From: Cirrosporium novae-zelandiae
Taxonomy: Eukaryota
Length of the DNA: 64,000 bases
Assembly (NCBI GenBank): GCA_026023565.1
Contig: JAPETS010000009.1
Location: forward strand, 186,001 to 250,000
Direction of reading: 5' to 3'
The position numbers were made by a program, and so were the translations under genes. The notes below the pieces were generated by a model. It saw nothing but the letters and a program-made list of their open reading frames with translations, was not told the origin of the DNA and searched no databases. Below are positions 51,606 through 62,330 of the stretch, one piece after another (the stretch's first letter is position 1; each line of letters starts with the position of its first letter).

Positions 51606-53021
51606 TTATCTAGGAAGCCCTCCATCCATCCATGCTCTAACTTGATGTGTAACCAAATCCCCCGCTATGCTTTGCTCATCACCGTCACCGTCTTTCTCAT
51701 TGTGGTTCTGTGTATATGTGTTGGCCTATATATAAACCATTAGCATCATTTATCTTTCGTGTGGCTTTTCGATTGGAATGCTTACCTCCCCACTTGCAAT
51801 TAGATCTGGCATGAGAATGGTGCTATACACGTTCCAGTCAGCTTCTTATTTTTTTTATTTTCCTCATGTTTTTATCCAGCACTTACACAATTTGCACAGT
51901 ACACATGAAGACCGTTTGGACGATTAGGGACTAAGACGCATTCTGTGAAAGGCGGCTTTGCTCTTCCCCTTCCCCTATCATTGCTGCAGGTATCGCACAT
52001 ATTGGTAACTTCTCTACCACGGCTTTGAGCAAGGGCAGCCTCTTGCTCTGTTACCCCTCTCCTGCCTTCAGCGACAACGCGTACGCTATCCTTTCCAGAT
52101 CGGTAATGAAGCCCCCGAAGCCTAGTCATTGGAGCCAAGGTTCTCATTACATTTGTTGCCCCCGGACGTAGGTTCTCATAGTCTCTTAGCTGTGCCGGCG
52201 AGGGTTGCTGGGCCAGTTGGAGAGACTGTGTTGGAAAGAGAGGCTGGGCTGGCAAGGTTGGCTGTGTTGGGAGGAAAGACTGTGCCGGCAAGATTGGCTG
52301 GGCTAGTTGAAGATGCTGGGCCGGTAAGGCTGGTTGAGCTGGTAGGTTGGGAATCACCTGTGAAATATATCAGTCTGCGAACATGATAAAAGTACAGTCA
52401 AATCCTGACAGAGGTAACCAAAACCAAGTACATGAAATATTGATGCTTCCAGGCTTTGTATCCTGCTCTGTGGAAATGATGGTGTTGCTTCCATGCCCTT
52501 GCTAGTTGGCTTGAGGGCAAGAGACAAACAAGGAATGAAGGGGGAATGTGACTTACAGCCATTCTTATGGACGATCTGGGAAACTCTTCAGCAGTCGGAC
52601 GCAACCCAAAAACTTCAAAGTCCAAAGTATATTCTCTAAAGTGAAGCAGATCCACCCATACATCCTCGAAACAGATCGCATCATCTTCACCTATACCCCA
52701 TCTTCGTGTAATAAGCCGTACATGTGCGACGGGAGGAGTATCATGCAGTAGAAACAATGGCGAAACACTGCAGCAAAGATTTCGTCCCTTTATTTGGGAC
52801 TCCTCAAAATAGATGTCCTCATAGCCGCTCCCAGAGGGCATTGGATGTGTACTCAATTCTGCGAGCTGGACTTCGTGGCTTTGATATTCATGGACGTGAG
52901 GAGAGGACACGACGTCAGGAGCGACGAACTCAAGCCTCTCAAAGTGCGACAGCATTGGTCGCAGGATTTCACCGGCTCTCAAGAACTGGATCAAAGCTGC
53001 AGGGGTTTCTATGCTGCCCAT
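51606..53021 (-). CDS. Hypothetical protein with hexapeptide repeats and a Cys-rich DUF3716-like domain, multi-exon (one junction uncertain)
   Basis: ORF 53021-52398, then an exon with 8 QxxLPA-type repeats, then AQSRG..CDTC..PPFTECV..CANC|HHSHARSNCKWE|ANTY...LPR* (TAA at 51606-51608). Confidence 0.55.
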
Positions 53022-54842
53022 ACTGCCTGTTGCCTTTGTTGCAAATATGACCTTGTCTTGAGTTGCTTAGGGCAGCAGGTGGGTCCAACTGGTATATGAA
53101 TGAATGTGAAAACCTGCCTGGGAGTCAGTAGGGTGAAGAATAATGAGTAAGATTGTTTGAAACAAAGTTGGATGAAGGATGGGTAACAAAGAAGGGTGTG
53201 ATATGAAGGTGGAATGATCTAAAGAAAGAGTTGAAAGAGAGAGAAATTTGAGAAGCAGAAAACTTTTTTAAAAGGTGTGGGGGATTACCGTTCAGGGCTC
53301 GGCAGAGCCAACGGACCAGTCTTTGGATCGATGATTAATCGACCCATTGTAGTTTATCTAGAGTCAGAGTCAGTGAATATTCTGAATCCTGCGCCGAGAG
53401 GAGCTCCGGGTTTCTTACAACGAGCCAATGGCCCGACTGTCTGATGGAATGATTGTTTATATAAAGTGTCTTCATTCGGGATTTATACGTGATTGATGCA
53501 ATTGAACCTCATATATCACAGCCCCATGAATAAGAACAAGTTAGGGTTATAGAAGTTCATCTTCGTATTAGCGTCATCGGAGTTTTGAACCACCGAAACC
53601 TAATTGAGACGACATTCGATGACCTTCCTTGAACTTCATATGTCTATATGACCCATCGATGGTAAGTAGGTTTCAATGATGATTACCTATCCTTTGCGAT
53701 ACCCTCGATAGCTTTGTCTGGTGTATTATCTCTTCGTCACAGCTTGAAGTTGAGCTAATGCTTGAATGCTGGTATGTATGTGTGGTACGGGAGACAAGGT
53801 AATAAATGGAGGTCTGGACATGATGATTTGGTTCATTCGGCGTACCTGGGAAAAAGTTTCAACAAGAGAGTGGGCGCTCGAAAGGGATTTATCGACAAGA
53901 GGATTCGCACTAACGTCTTTTGTCGATCTGTTTTGTGAGTCAGAATTCACTCTCAGAATTCACTTCCAGGCATCCACCATCACAATCCCTTCCCAACCCC
54001 CAGGTGAATTTCCCCAAAGCGAATCAAGGCACACACGTACGCGTGCTGTTTCCAGAAGCCCAACAACGACAACAATAACAATAACAACAATCACCCATCA
54101 CCTCAACCCCGATCTCTCGATCTCTCGACTCTAAACTCAATTCAGCCACCACCACCTTGGCTAGCTAACTACTTCTATTTCTCCCCTATCACCATCAAAG
54201 ATTATTCACCCCCCTTCCCTTCTGCTTCCCTTTTCAAAACAATATCTAAAAAAAAAAGGGGGGGGGTTACTAGATACAGTATCTGGATTAGCCTTTTTGT
54301 AATTCTATATGTACATGTATCTTCTGAGGGAATATATCTTGTCTATTTATTGTACTAGAACGATGATGGGTGCAACTATACAACTTGTTACATAGTTCAT
54401 TTATAGACATTCGCAACAGCAGTGAACAATAATCCTACCACACCAGCCCCCTGTCCCCCCCTATAACATTCCCTGACATAGCGATACACAGTACCATCCA
54501 CTAAATGGCTCACCAGATCAGGAAAGGGGAGGTCAGAGAGAGGATTAAAAAAAAATGAAGAAATGCAAAGAACGTGGGGTAGAGCTCATGCTTCTGTACC
54601 GGGCATCTATCAATAATACATAACTGGGCCTTACTTGAGGTATTGATACCTGTGGACACAGCCTAAACCTGCAAGTCAGTGGACATTTTATTCATCGTTT
54701 CATCTTGTGGCTTGAGGTTGTTGCGACAAACGCTGATGGGCGTCACGAATTGTCCTTGGGAGTCTAGGGACTCAAGAGATCTATAGATTATATGATTGGA
54801 AAAGCCTACTGAATCTATCTAGCTACCTAACCTCGACCCTAG

Positions 54843-56393
54843 TCACTTGCGTCCCGAAAATGCAATGATACACTTCAGGGCCTTGGGCACCGCATCAAAC
54901 GTGCTGGATTGTTTCATTGACTCTGCGCTCGAAAAAGCAGTCATGGTGGTCTTGTACCGCAAATACGGCGCCGCAATGAGCATCTTGATTTCCATCGTGG
55001 CGAGCGGCTTGCCCGGACAGACACGCCCACCATACCCGAATGGAATGAGTTGGGCGTCGCGAACCTTGAGGCTCAATTCGTCTCCTTCGAGCCATCGCTC
55101 GGGACGGAATTCTTCAGGCTCTGGGAATATTATCTCATTCTGGTGGAGACCTACAACCGAGGTGGTAACAACCGTCTCGCCTGGTAGGTAAAAGCCCAAC
55201 AGATTACATCCTCCATCAGGGACCACGCGTTCGGCCCGACCACTGGATGGTGGGTGAAAACGATAGACCTCGCGCAAACAGGCTTCCAACACTGAAGCCT
55301 GAGTGTTGACATCGTTAAAGCACACTAGACCGTCGGTCTGCATAGACAAAGTGCGCAGCTCTTCATGTATTCTCTGCTGCCACTTGGGATGTTGGATTAA
55401 TTGCCAAACTAGATATGTGACAGTCACTGCGACTGTAGTTACGGCAGCATTGATATTGTCCAGGCCTTCGACTGCAATAAACTTGTAGTCGAGGGGCTTC
55501 GAGCCTCCATTTTTATGAATCTGTACCAAACATCGAAGGAGAGAATGAAAGGTATAGAGAGCTGGGTCATTTATTGTCGCACAAAGTCGGCCCTGGAACC
55601 ACTCTTCCAGCTTCCGGTCTGCTTGGAGGTAACTGAGGCAGGGATACACTCTTCCTAGGATCGATGAGATATGTGTGAAGATAGTTGAAAAGTGTGTACG
55701 AATCGGGCCAAAAAACTGTAGGTGCTTGAGTTCTTGGAGGATTTTACGTTCCAGGCAGGGTTGTTCAACGCTTTGCGTGCCGTACTTGGGTCCAAGAATT
55801 AGGTAGGTAATATTGTCCAGCACGTACCAAGAAGTCAAGTTGTAAATATCTACGTCTTTACCAGGACTAATTTGCGCGACAACTGCTTGAATCCGGTCCT
55901 GTATCCGCTTTTCGATCTCTGGTAGCTTGTAGATGGTGGATGCCTGGTAGAATGTGGAGGTCAACCTGCGCTTTTCCCGATGTTCCTCGTAAGGCTTTGT
56001 CGCAAAGACAGATCGTTCCTCGTTGTATCCGGTGAAATTGTCAAAATAGTTACTCTTGGCCCATTTGTTGCTTGATCCGTATATCTCGCGGGTCGCTGCA
56101 CGGGTCGTCACAGAGATCTCATTGGGCGCGATACAAACAATAGGACCATACCGCCGATGCCACTTTAGAATTTGGTCGTTTCGGCAAACTCTGAGATCAT
56201 AAAGGGCAAGATTGAGGCTCGGGATTTTGCTCAACCATGGGCCGGGGATGTGGCTCAGTCGACCGTGGAACAGTGGATGGACTAGAAATCGGTACTCCAG
56301 CAGAGACAACACTGCTAGGATCAGGACGAGCAGCTTTCCTGAGGCTCCTCCTCGATAACCTGCTAATAAGAGAAATACCATTGCTGATATCAT
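54843..56393 (-). CDS. Cytochrome P450 monooxygenase, intronless, apparently intact
   Basis: N-terminal TM segment, HIPGPWL, YGPIVCIAPNEIS, EVYR (ExxR), FRPERW, heme motif FGYGGRVCPG. First ATG at 56393, with an in-frame TGA just upstream. Confidence 0.9.
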   Translation of the reverse strand: MISAMVFLLLAGYRGGASGKLLVLILAVLSLLEYRFLVHPLFHGRLSHIPGPWLSKIPSLNLALYDLRVCRNDQILKWHRRYGPIVCIAPNEISVTTRAATREIYGSSNKWAKSNYFDNFTGYNEERSVFATKPYEEHREKRRLTSTFYQASTIYKLPEIEKRIQDRIQAVVAQISPGKDVDIYNLTSWYVLDNITYLILGPKYGTQSVEQPCLERKILQELKHLQFFGPIRTHFSTIFTHISSILGRVYPCLSYLQADRKLEEWFQGRLCATINDPALYTFHSLLRCLVQIHKNGGSKPLDYKFIAVEGLDNINAAVTTVAVTVTYLVWQLIQHPKWQQRIHEELRTLSMQTDGLVCFNDVNTQASVLEACLREVYRFHPPSSGRAERVVPDGGCNLLGFYLPGETVVTTSVVGLHQNEIIFPEPEEFRPERWLEGDELSLKVRDAQLIPFGYGGRVCPGKPLATMEIKMLIAAPYLRYKTTMTAFSSAESMKQSSTFDAVPKALKCIIAFSGRK

Positions 56394-56438
56394 GACGGCT
56401 AACAATCACGGAATGTCTGTCTTTGCCGTTTGTTTTCT

Positions 56439-56899
56439 CAGTGTTGTCGATGGACCAGACCGACCAGACCGACCCCCTTGGTCTGGTCGGTCTATCAAAA
56501 TCCTCGGCCCGGTCTGGTCTATAGACCGGCGGTTATATAATACCCGGATAATATAACCCGCGCGGAACGGATCCAAAATTTTTGAATCTCGATTCACTAT
56601 ATTATATCTTATTTCTACGTGATATTACGTGGAGATAAAGTCTTACTAATCTATACGAAATAAAATACCGAATTCCGATACCCCCAAATTTCCCTCTATA
56701 AATCCCAAAAATATATCCCCCTACTAATAATTCGTATTTATATAAACTAAATAGACCTTGGATAATCAAGGTCTGGTCGATCTATCAAAAAACTCGGTCT
56801 AGTCGGTCTGATTTATTCAAAAACTTGGTCTGGTCGGTCTAAGGTCTATAGACTGTCTATGGTAAACCGTCTATTTAGTCTGGTCCATCGACAACACTG
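56439..56899. mobile_element. Non-autonomous hAT-type MITE, 461 bp
   Basis: Perfect 22-bp TIRs CAGTGTTGTCGATGGACCAGAC (56439-56460 and reverse complement 56878-56899). 8-bp TSD TGTTTTCT (56431-56438 and 56900-56907). Subterminal GGTCT/AGACC repeats and an AT-rich core. Confidence 0.93.
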
Positions 56900-57861
56900 T
56901 GTTTTCTATTGACCGACGGCCTTGTAGTTGCTCTGGGTAGTCGTATTTCACGGGGTTTTAACCCGTATGCTTAAAAACCATGGGAGCTTGTAGTCGTCCT
57001 TTTTGAAGGATTTTTTTTCGCCAGTATTGAAGGCCAGGGGCGCATCTGGTCCCGACTAAGCCTGGTCAGTAATTATTTAATGAATCAACTCCAGCTTGAC
57101 CCGATCTTGACCATGCGTTCAAGGTCTCCAGGGATATATTTCGACTTCTGATTGGACCACAAGACCTTACTTGCCTCCCTTGGAGCCATCTTTTGGTGGC
57201 CTAGCACAGTTTTTGCCATTCGAAGTGCTCCACCCAAGGTTTGAGGGCTGGCTGACAAGCAGCTTGCATACGTTGGGATATCAGAAAATTTTCGTCCTGC
57301 CGAACGTCGCGGAGATTCCGATAATAAATTGAACTTTATGTCATACAACGGACACTTGCAGAATTCTGTATGCCAATGGGGTCCGAGAATATGGATAGGT
57401 TTGGCTGAAGGATACAGCATTGATCGTCAGGACGTGATGTTGAAGTATCCAAAGCCCTTGACAGGCTCCGTGGTCAAATCTCTAATTCTTTGCGGTGTCT
57501 TTTTTAAGCCAAGCACACACTCTAGGAGTCGCAGTGGGGGTGCCATGTAAAAATTACTGTACTCGATTATCATAATTAGATCAGATCACGACTTTCAGGC
57601 ACAATAAGGCATCAAGATTTTATCATTGGACCAATTAACCCCCTGCTAGCCATAAATACCAGGTTGGGTTCGACTCCCAAGAGCACTATTTAGTTGTGAT
57701 TGTTCTTCCCGGTCGACGTCGATTTAAAGCTTGGGCCTTTTGCTATCTGGGCTGCGGGCCGAACCCTGCGGTCCGAGCCTTTGGATTAGACCAAGACAAG
57801 ATTGATTGTCATGCCCCACGTACTGGCCGAGAATGACCAACTAACATATAAACACATTAAA

Positions 57862-59130
57862 GTATTCCATGAAGAACATCGTATCATTCGAGACTGAGAT
57901 TGACAACCGCATGACCGAGTTGCTTGGCATTCTTGCAGGGACCGCCGCTAAAGGGAATTCCATTGATTCCCTCTTTCATATACAGTGAGTGGAATTGGTC
58001 CGCTCTTGTAATAAGACTAGATGCTAACCCGTCTCGATAGGTGGTTTAACTTCGACGTTGTTGGTCGATTATGTTTTGGCCAGCCGTTTAGCTTCCTACA
58101 GCAAGAGAGAGATGTCAATGATCTCATAGAAGAATTTGCGCAGACAACCTGGATTTTAGAAATTTTGGCGGTACAAGAGAACTTGTTCTGGTATGTGCGC
58201 ATACGCGTGTCGAATGATAGCTATTCATAGCTCGTCCCACGGATACTTGGGGCGTTGGGGCTGTGTTGGCGGAGAGAGAGCGAGTTGTCGACGCAACCGT
58301 CAATTAAGACGGCAATCACAAGGGAAATGTTTCAGAGAGCAGCCTATTGGGCAAGTTTCTATCGGCACGAAATTCAGACAATTCTAGCATGAGAAAGAAG
58401 GATGCCAAGGCCGAGTTTCTCACTGCAATTTTAGTTTCGACTCTTCGTTCCCTTGTTTTCGTTCTTAATAAATCTTTTGACTAACATCATGGACCAGACA
58501 AGCGGGCTCAGAAACCACCTCACTCAATCTTGCCCAAATAATATTTTACATCGCGCGCGATTCCGGCACTCAAGAACGTCTGCAAGATGAACTCGATGCT
58601 AGCCAGATTGCAGATCTCGTGCCCTCATTGGCAGAAACTAAGAATTACGAAAAAGAGAGTCAGCTTCCCTTCCTTAACGCCTGTGTTCGTGAGACATTGC
58701 GTTACGCCCCCTCGATTGTACAACTTCCTCGCGAGCCTCCCGCTAGCATGAGTCTACAGCTGCATGGAAAATTCATGCCTCCTAGAACATCTGTCTCCGC
58801 AAGCGCATGGATTATTGGACATAACAAAAATTTGTACGGAGATGACACTGACGTGTATCGACCCGAACGGTGGCTAGAGGCATCGCCGGATCAACTTAAG
58901 CGAATGACCAAACTCGATTTCACTCTCGGATACGGAGCGAGAGGATATCTAGGCAGACATTTAGCACTCATTCAACTCTTCAAAGCAACTGCGGAAGTAC
59001 GTATTGGTGCAGTTGATTCAATAGTCTTACAGGTTTTAGATTAATGAATGTGTAGATATTCTGCCAGTTTGACGTTGAAGTGGCGAAGCCCAACAACCTC
59101 CAACCTCGTGGTACACCATTGAATTGGTAA
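57862..59130 (+). pseudogene. Cytochrome P450 pseudogene (heme Cys lost, no recognisable N-terminus)
   Basis: YSMKNIVSFETEID, WFNFDVVGRLCFGQPFSFL, AGSETTS, PFLNACVRETLR, PERW. The heme motif reads GYGARGYLG, with Tyr (TAT at 58946-58948) in place of Cys. Confidence 0.8.
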
Positions 59131-60432
59131 ATGACTTTTCGCTCTCGCCGACCATGTGCTTGTTAACGGCGTTGGAAATTGAAATTGAAGTCATCAATAC
59201 AATGGTTGTGGCAAAGGCTCTCTGTCTTTGCTTATCGGGAATGGCAGAATCTAACGCTAGGTTACATAGGATATCTGAACTGTGGAGGATCAATTCCTGG
59301 CGATCCAGTGTGCGTAACTGGAAGATGCCTGCTGAAACTATTAAGATATAACCCGATACTTGCACCTAGCAATAACTCGTAGATCATAATGTACAGTACT
59401 TGACAATTGTTACATAACTCTAGGATTTCTGCCCTGAGGTGGCCCTTACGGCACACCTTTATATAGAGCCTTGACTGAGCTCTTCTCGGCATGGCAAGCA
59501 ATTTACCACACAACTAGTATGACCCCTCAGTAGGAGTCCTTACAACAATCTCTACTTTTTCTCAGAGCTCGAGTAAGATTTAACAGGCCCAGCCTTGACT
59601 AGTTACGCACGCTGTGCATCAAACTTCCCCGGGAACCTTGCCACGAAGGTTTCACAGTATGTCAGGCCCCTCTTAGCGCAGATGTATCAAAACTCCGGTG
59701 CTTATATAAGTACAGGAGGGAGCCTTTAGGCCACCTTGTCGATCACACATGACTTCATTGCATGAGCCGCTTGACAATTTTCATCTAAAGACCTTGGACG
59801 TGTTCAGCTCTGCCCCTTTTACCCCAGACTAGTGGTAGCTATGCGAGGATAGTTCCGTGGTAAGCCACCCGCCTCTTGTCTATAAGAATAATTCTAGGAT
59901 TCCTGAGTACATCAACTTGCCATCTTCGGAGAGTGCTGCTGTAATAATGCTTCTGCACATTCATTATCAAGGGTGAGGCCAGTTGTTGATCTGACCCTAA
60001 CTGGTAGCTGATGACGTGTAGGTACATGTACAATCGACACCCGACTCTACCGCTTAGAGTTGAGAATCACAAACCTATAGTTGGTCTCATTGTGCAGTGT
60101 AGCGATATGTGGGGAAGGCTCACGATCCCGCAAACTCGGCGAAGTGAGTGGCATATATGCTTAAAGGTGATATGAGAACTTTCATCTCTCTTTTAAATGG
60201 CCGAGCGTTAGTTGGAAACACAGACAATGTCCTATCGGAGCCTAGCAAATTCGCATAGGATTAAGCCCGGGGAGGTGACAGAATCAATGGAATCCACCAA
60301 AGACTTTACGTAACGGAATATGAACTGCGCCATAATGACACGGCAGTGAGTGATAAATATAGCCATATTCCTCTCCGTGCGCAGCTTAAGAGGACAATAG
60401 GAGATCGAATCACTCAAAACCACTCGTCACCA

Positions 60433-62330
60433 ATGCTGCTTCTGCACCAAATATTCGAACATTGAGCGCTTCAAACCCCTTATCGGCCTACCATCGAGTA
60501 TGAAGCTCGACTTTCACTTTTGGAGAGCTCAATGGAGTGGAAAACCAGTTGGTTGCGTATATTAAGAATCTTCGCGGGATCAAAGACGAGTTGGTGGCAT
60601 TGAGTTTGGACAAAGGCCCCCTGATGGTAACGGCAGTACCTGCGGCACTCAAGGCTGGGATGGCTTGGCTATCGCCCCTAGTCGATGCCTCTCTCCTCCG
60701 GGCTTAGACAATCCTCGAGATTGCGAAACCCTTTTTGGTGCTCGCCTCACTAGAAATAGAGCATACTGTTGAGGGTTTATGCGCATCCATAATACTCGAT
60801 CATGCGATAACTAGAAGGAACATCGAATAACAACCGGATGTCAACCTCCCTATTACTAAGAGTGACGCCGGTCCTAGAGATCTATGCCATGTTCTATTTA
60901 CCTCTGGCTTAACTGGGGTCCCTAAAGGGGTCATGATCGAACATCAAGCCGTAATTCACAATGCGCATCTAATGCAGAACTCTTTGGGTAGTAGATTCCC
61001 CTCTCCAACTCATGACATATGCTTTGGCAGTTTCGTCTCTGGAAGGACCGAGACGATTCAGAGTCGCAGCTTATTCATGTGGAGACCATCTACTGGCAGC
61101 AGGAGTGTCTCACGCACAATACGATGGGTTTTGTTTCAACATATTGATTAAAGAGTTTCATCGTGTTTATCATTGTAAGTTTAAAGATTTGAAAAGACCC
61201 CCACCCTATCCGTGTTTCATTAATCATGTGATAAAGACTTTTTCGGATTCCAAGTCAAAGTCATTTTGGGCAACCCTTTTTCGAGGCTCCACCATGACAA
61301 AGATCGTATCACAGTCAGAGCCACATCTGCAGAGAGTGCTGAATAGCATGCAAGTTAGAAATTTACCTCTCTACCGTTCGAGGCTAGGTAATGCTAATTT
61401 TTCCGTGGTTGTCAAAGCAGCCTGGTCAATAGTGCCATCTTCCCTTTCTGGCGCTAGTGATGTTGTCTTTGGCTCCTTAGTTTTTGGCCGCGACCCTCAA
61501 ATCAAAGGAGCGAACAAAATTGTGGGAGAATGTATTAATATGATTTTCAACCGTATCCCTCTCTTGAGCAGTTGGAGTGCTGCAGAGATGCCCGAGTACA
61601 TCAAGCAATAGCAAATCTCGACGATTCCATTCGAAAACACTCTGCTTATGAAATTTATGAGTATGCGTCCTGGCCCCCGGCGACGAGGTTTGGAAGTATT
61701 GTCTAGCATCAAAACATCGATAAAAGTGTCGTCCAAGCAAACAGTGATAGGAGCAACAGCTCTTGGGATTTCATCGGAAATGCTTCTTATCCAGGGCTCT
61801 GTGACGAAGTTGATTGTTGGATCACCACCGTTCCTCTACCAGGGGAAATGCGACTTCAATTCGAATACAACAACTCTATTATTTCAGATGAAAGTGCCGG
61901 CAATACCACTCAGCTTCTCTGAGATATTATTGCTGATATTTATGCCGATCCGACTCACCAGATCAGCTCCTTACAGCCACCGCCGCTGGCAGCATCTACT
62001 CAAGTGATCCAGCCAGCTTCAAATTCTAACTTGGTCGTACTTCCAGAAGAGAATGTCGGAGGCGGCGACGTTACAGCTGGACTAGGCCCGCTAATCTCCA
62101 GCTTACAAGATCTCTGGGTCTTGGCAAGGGTACTGCCACAGTCTAGAGATGGCGAAGCTAACAGTCCCCCTTACGACGAATCTATCTCATTCTTTGAACC
62201 TGGAGGCGATTCCATCTCCGCCATGCAACTCTCGGTCCTTTTTAAGCAGGATGGTATCTCTGTAGACGTGCAGGACATTTGATCATCCAATGCAGAGATT
62301 ACAAGCAGCATATCTTCTTAGCCAAGATGG
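60433..62330 (+). pseudogene. Non-ribosomal peptide synthetase pseudogene: partial A domain, partial C(T) domain, T domain
   Basis: LHQIFEH*ALQTP, FGELN..NQL, VALSLDKG, LFTSGLTGVPKGVMIEH (A3), SHAQYDG, VKAAWS..SDVVFG..GR..VGECIN, SFFEPGGDSISAMQL. Stops at 60463, 60705, 60828 and 61609, plus frameshifts. Confidence 0.88.

Noticed and set aside
53400..54134. Short ORFs on both strands between the DUF3716-like gene and the P450
   Set aside because: Could not build a coherent gene model; no motifs.
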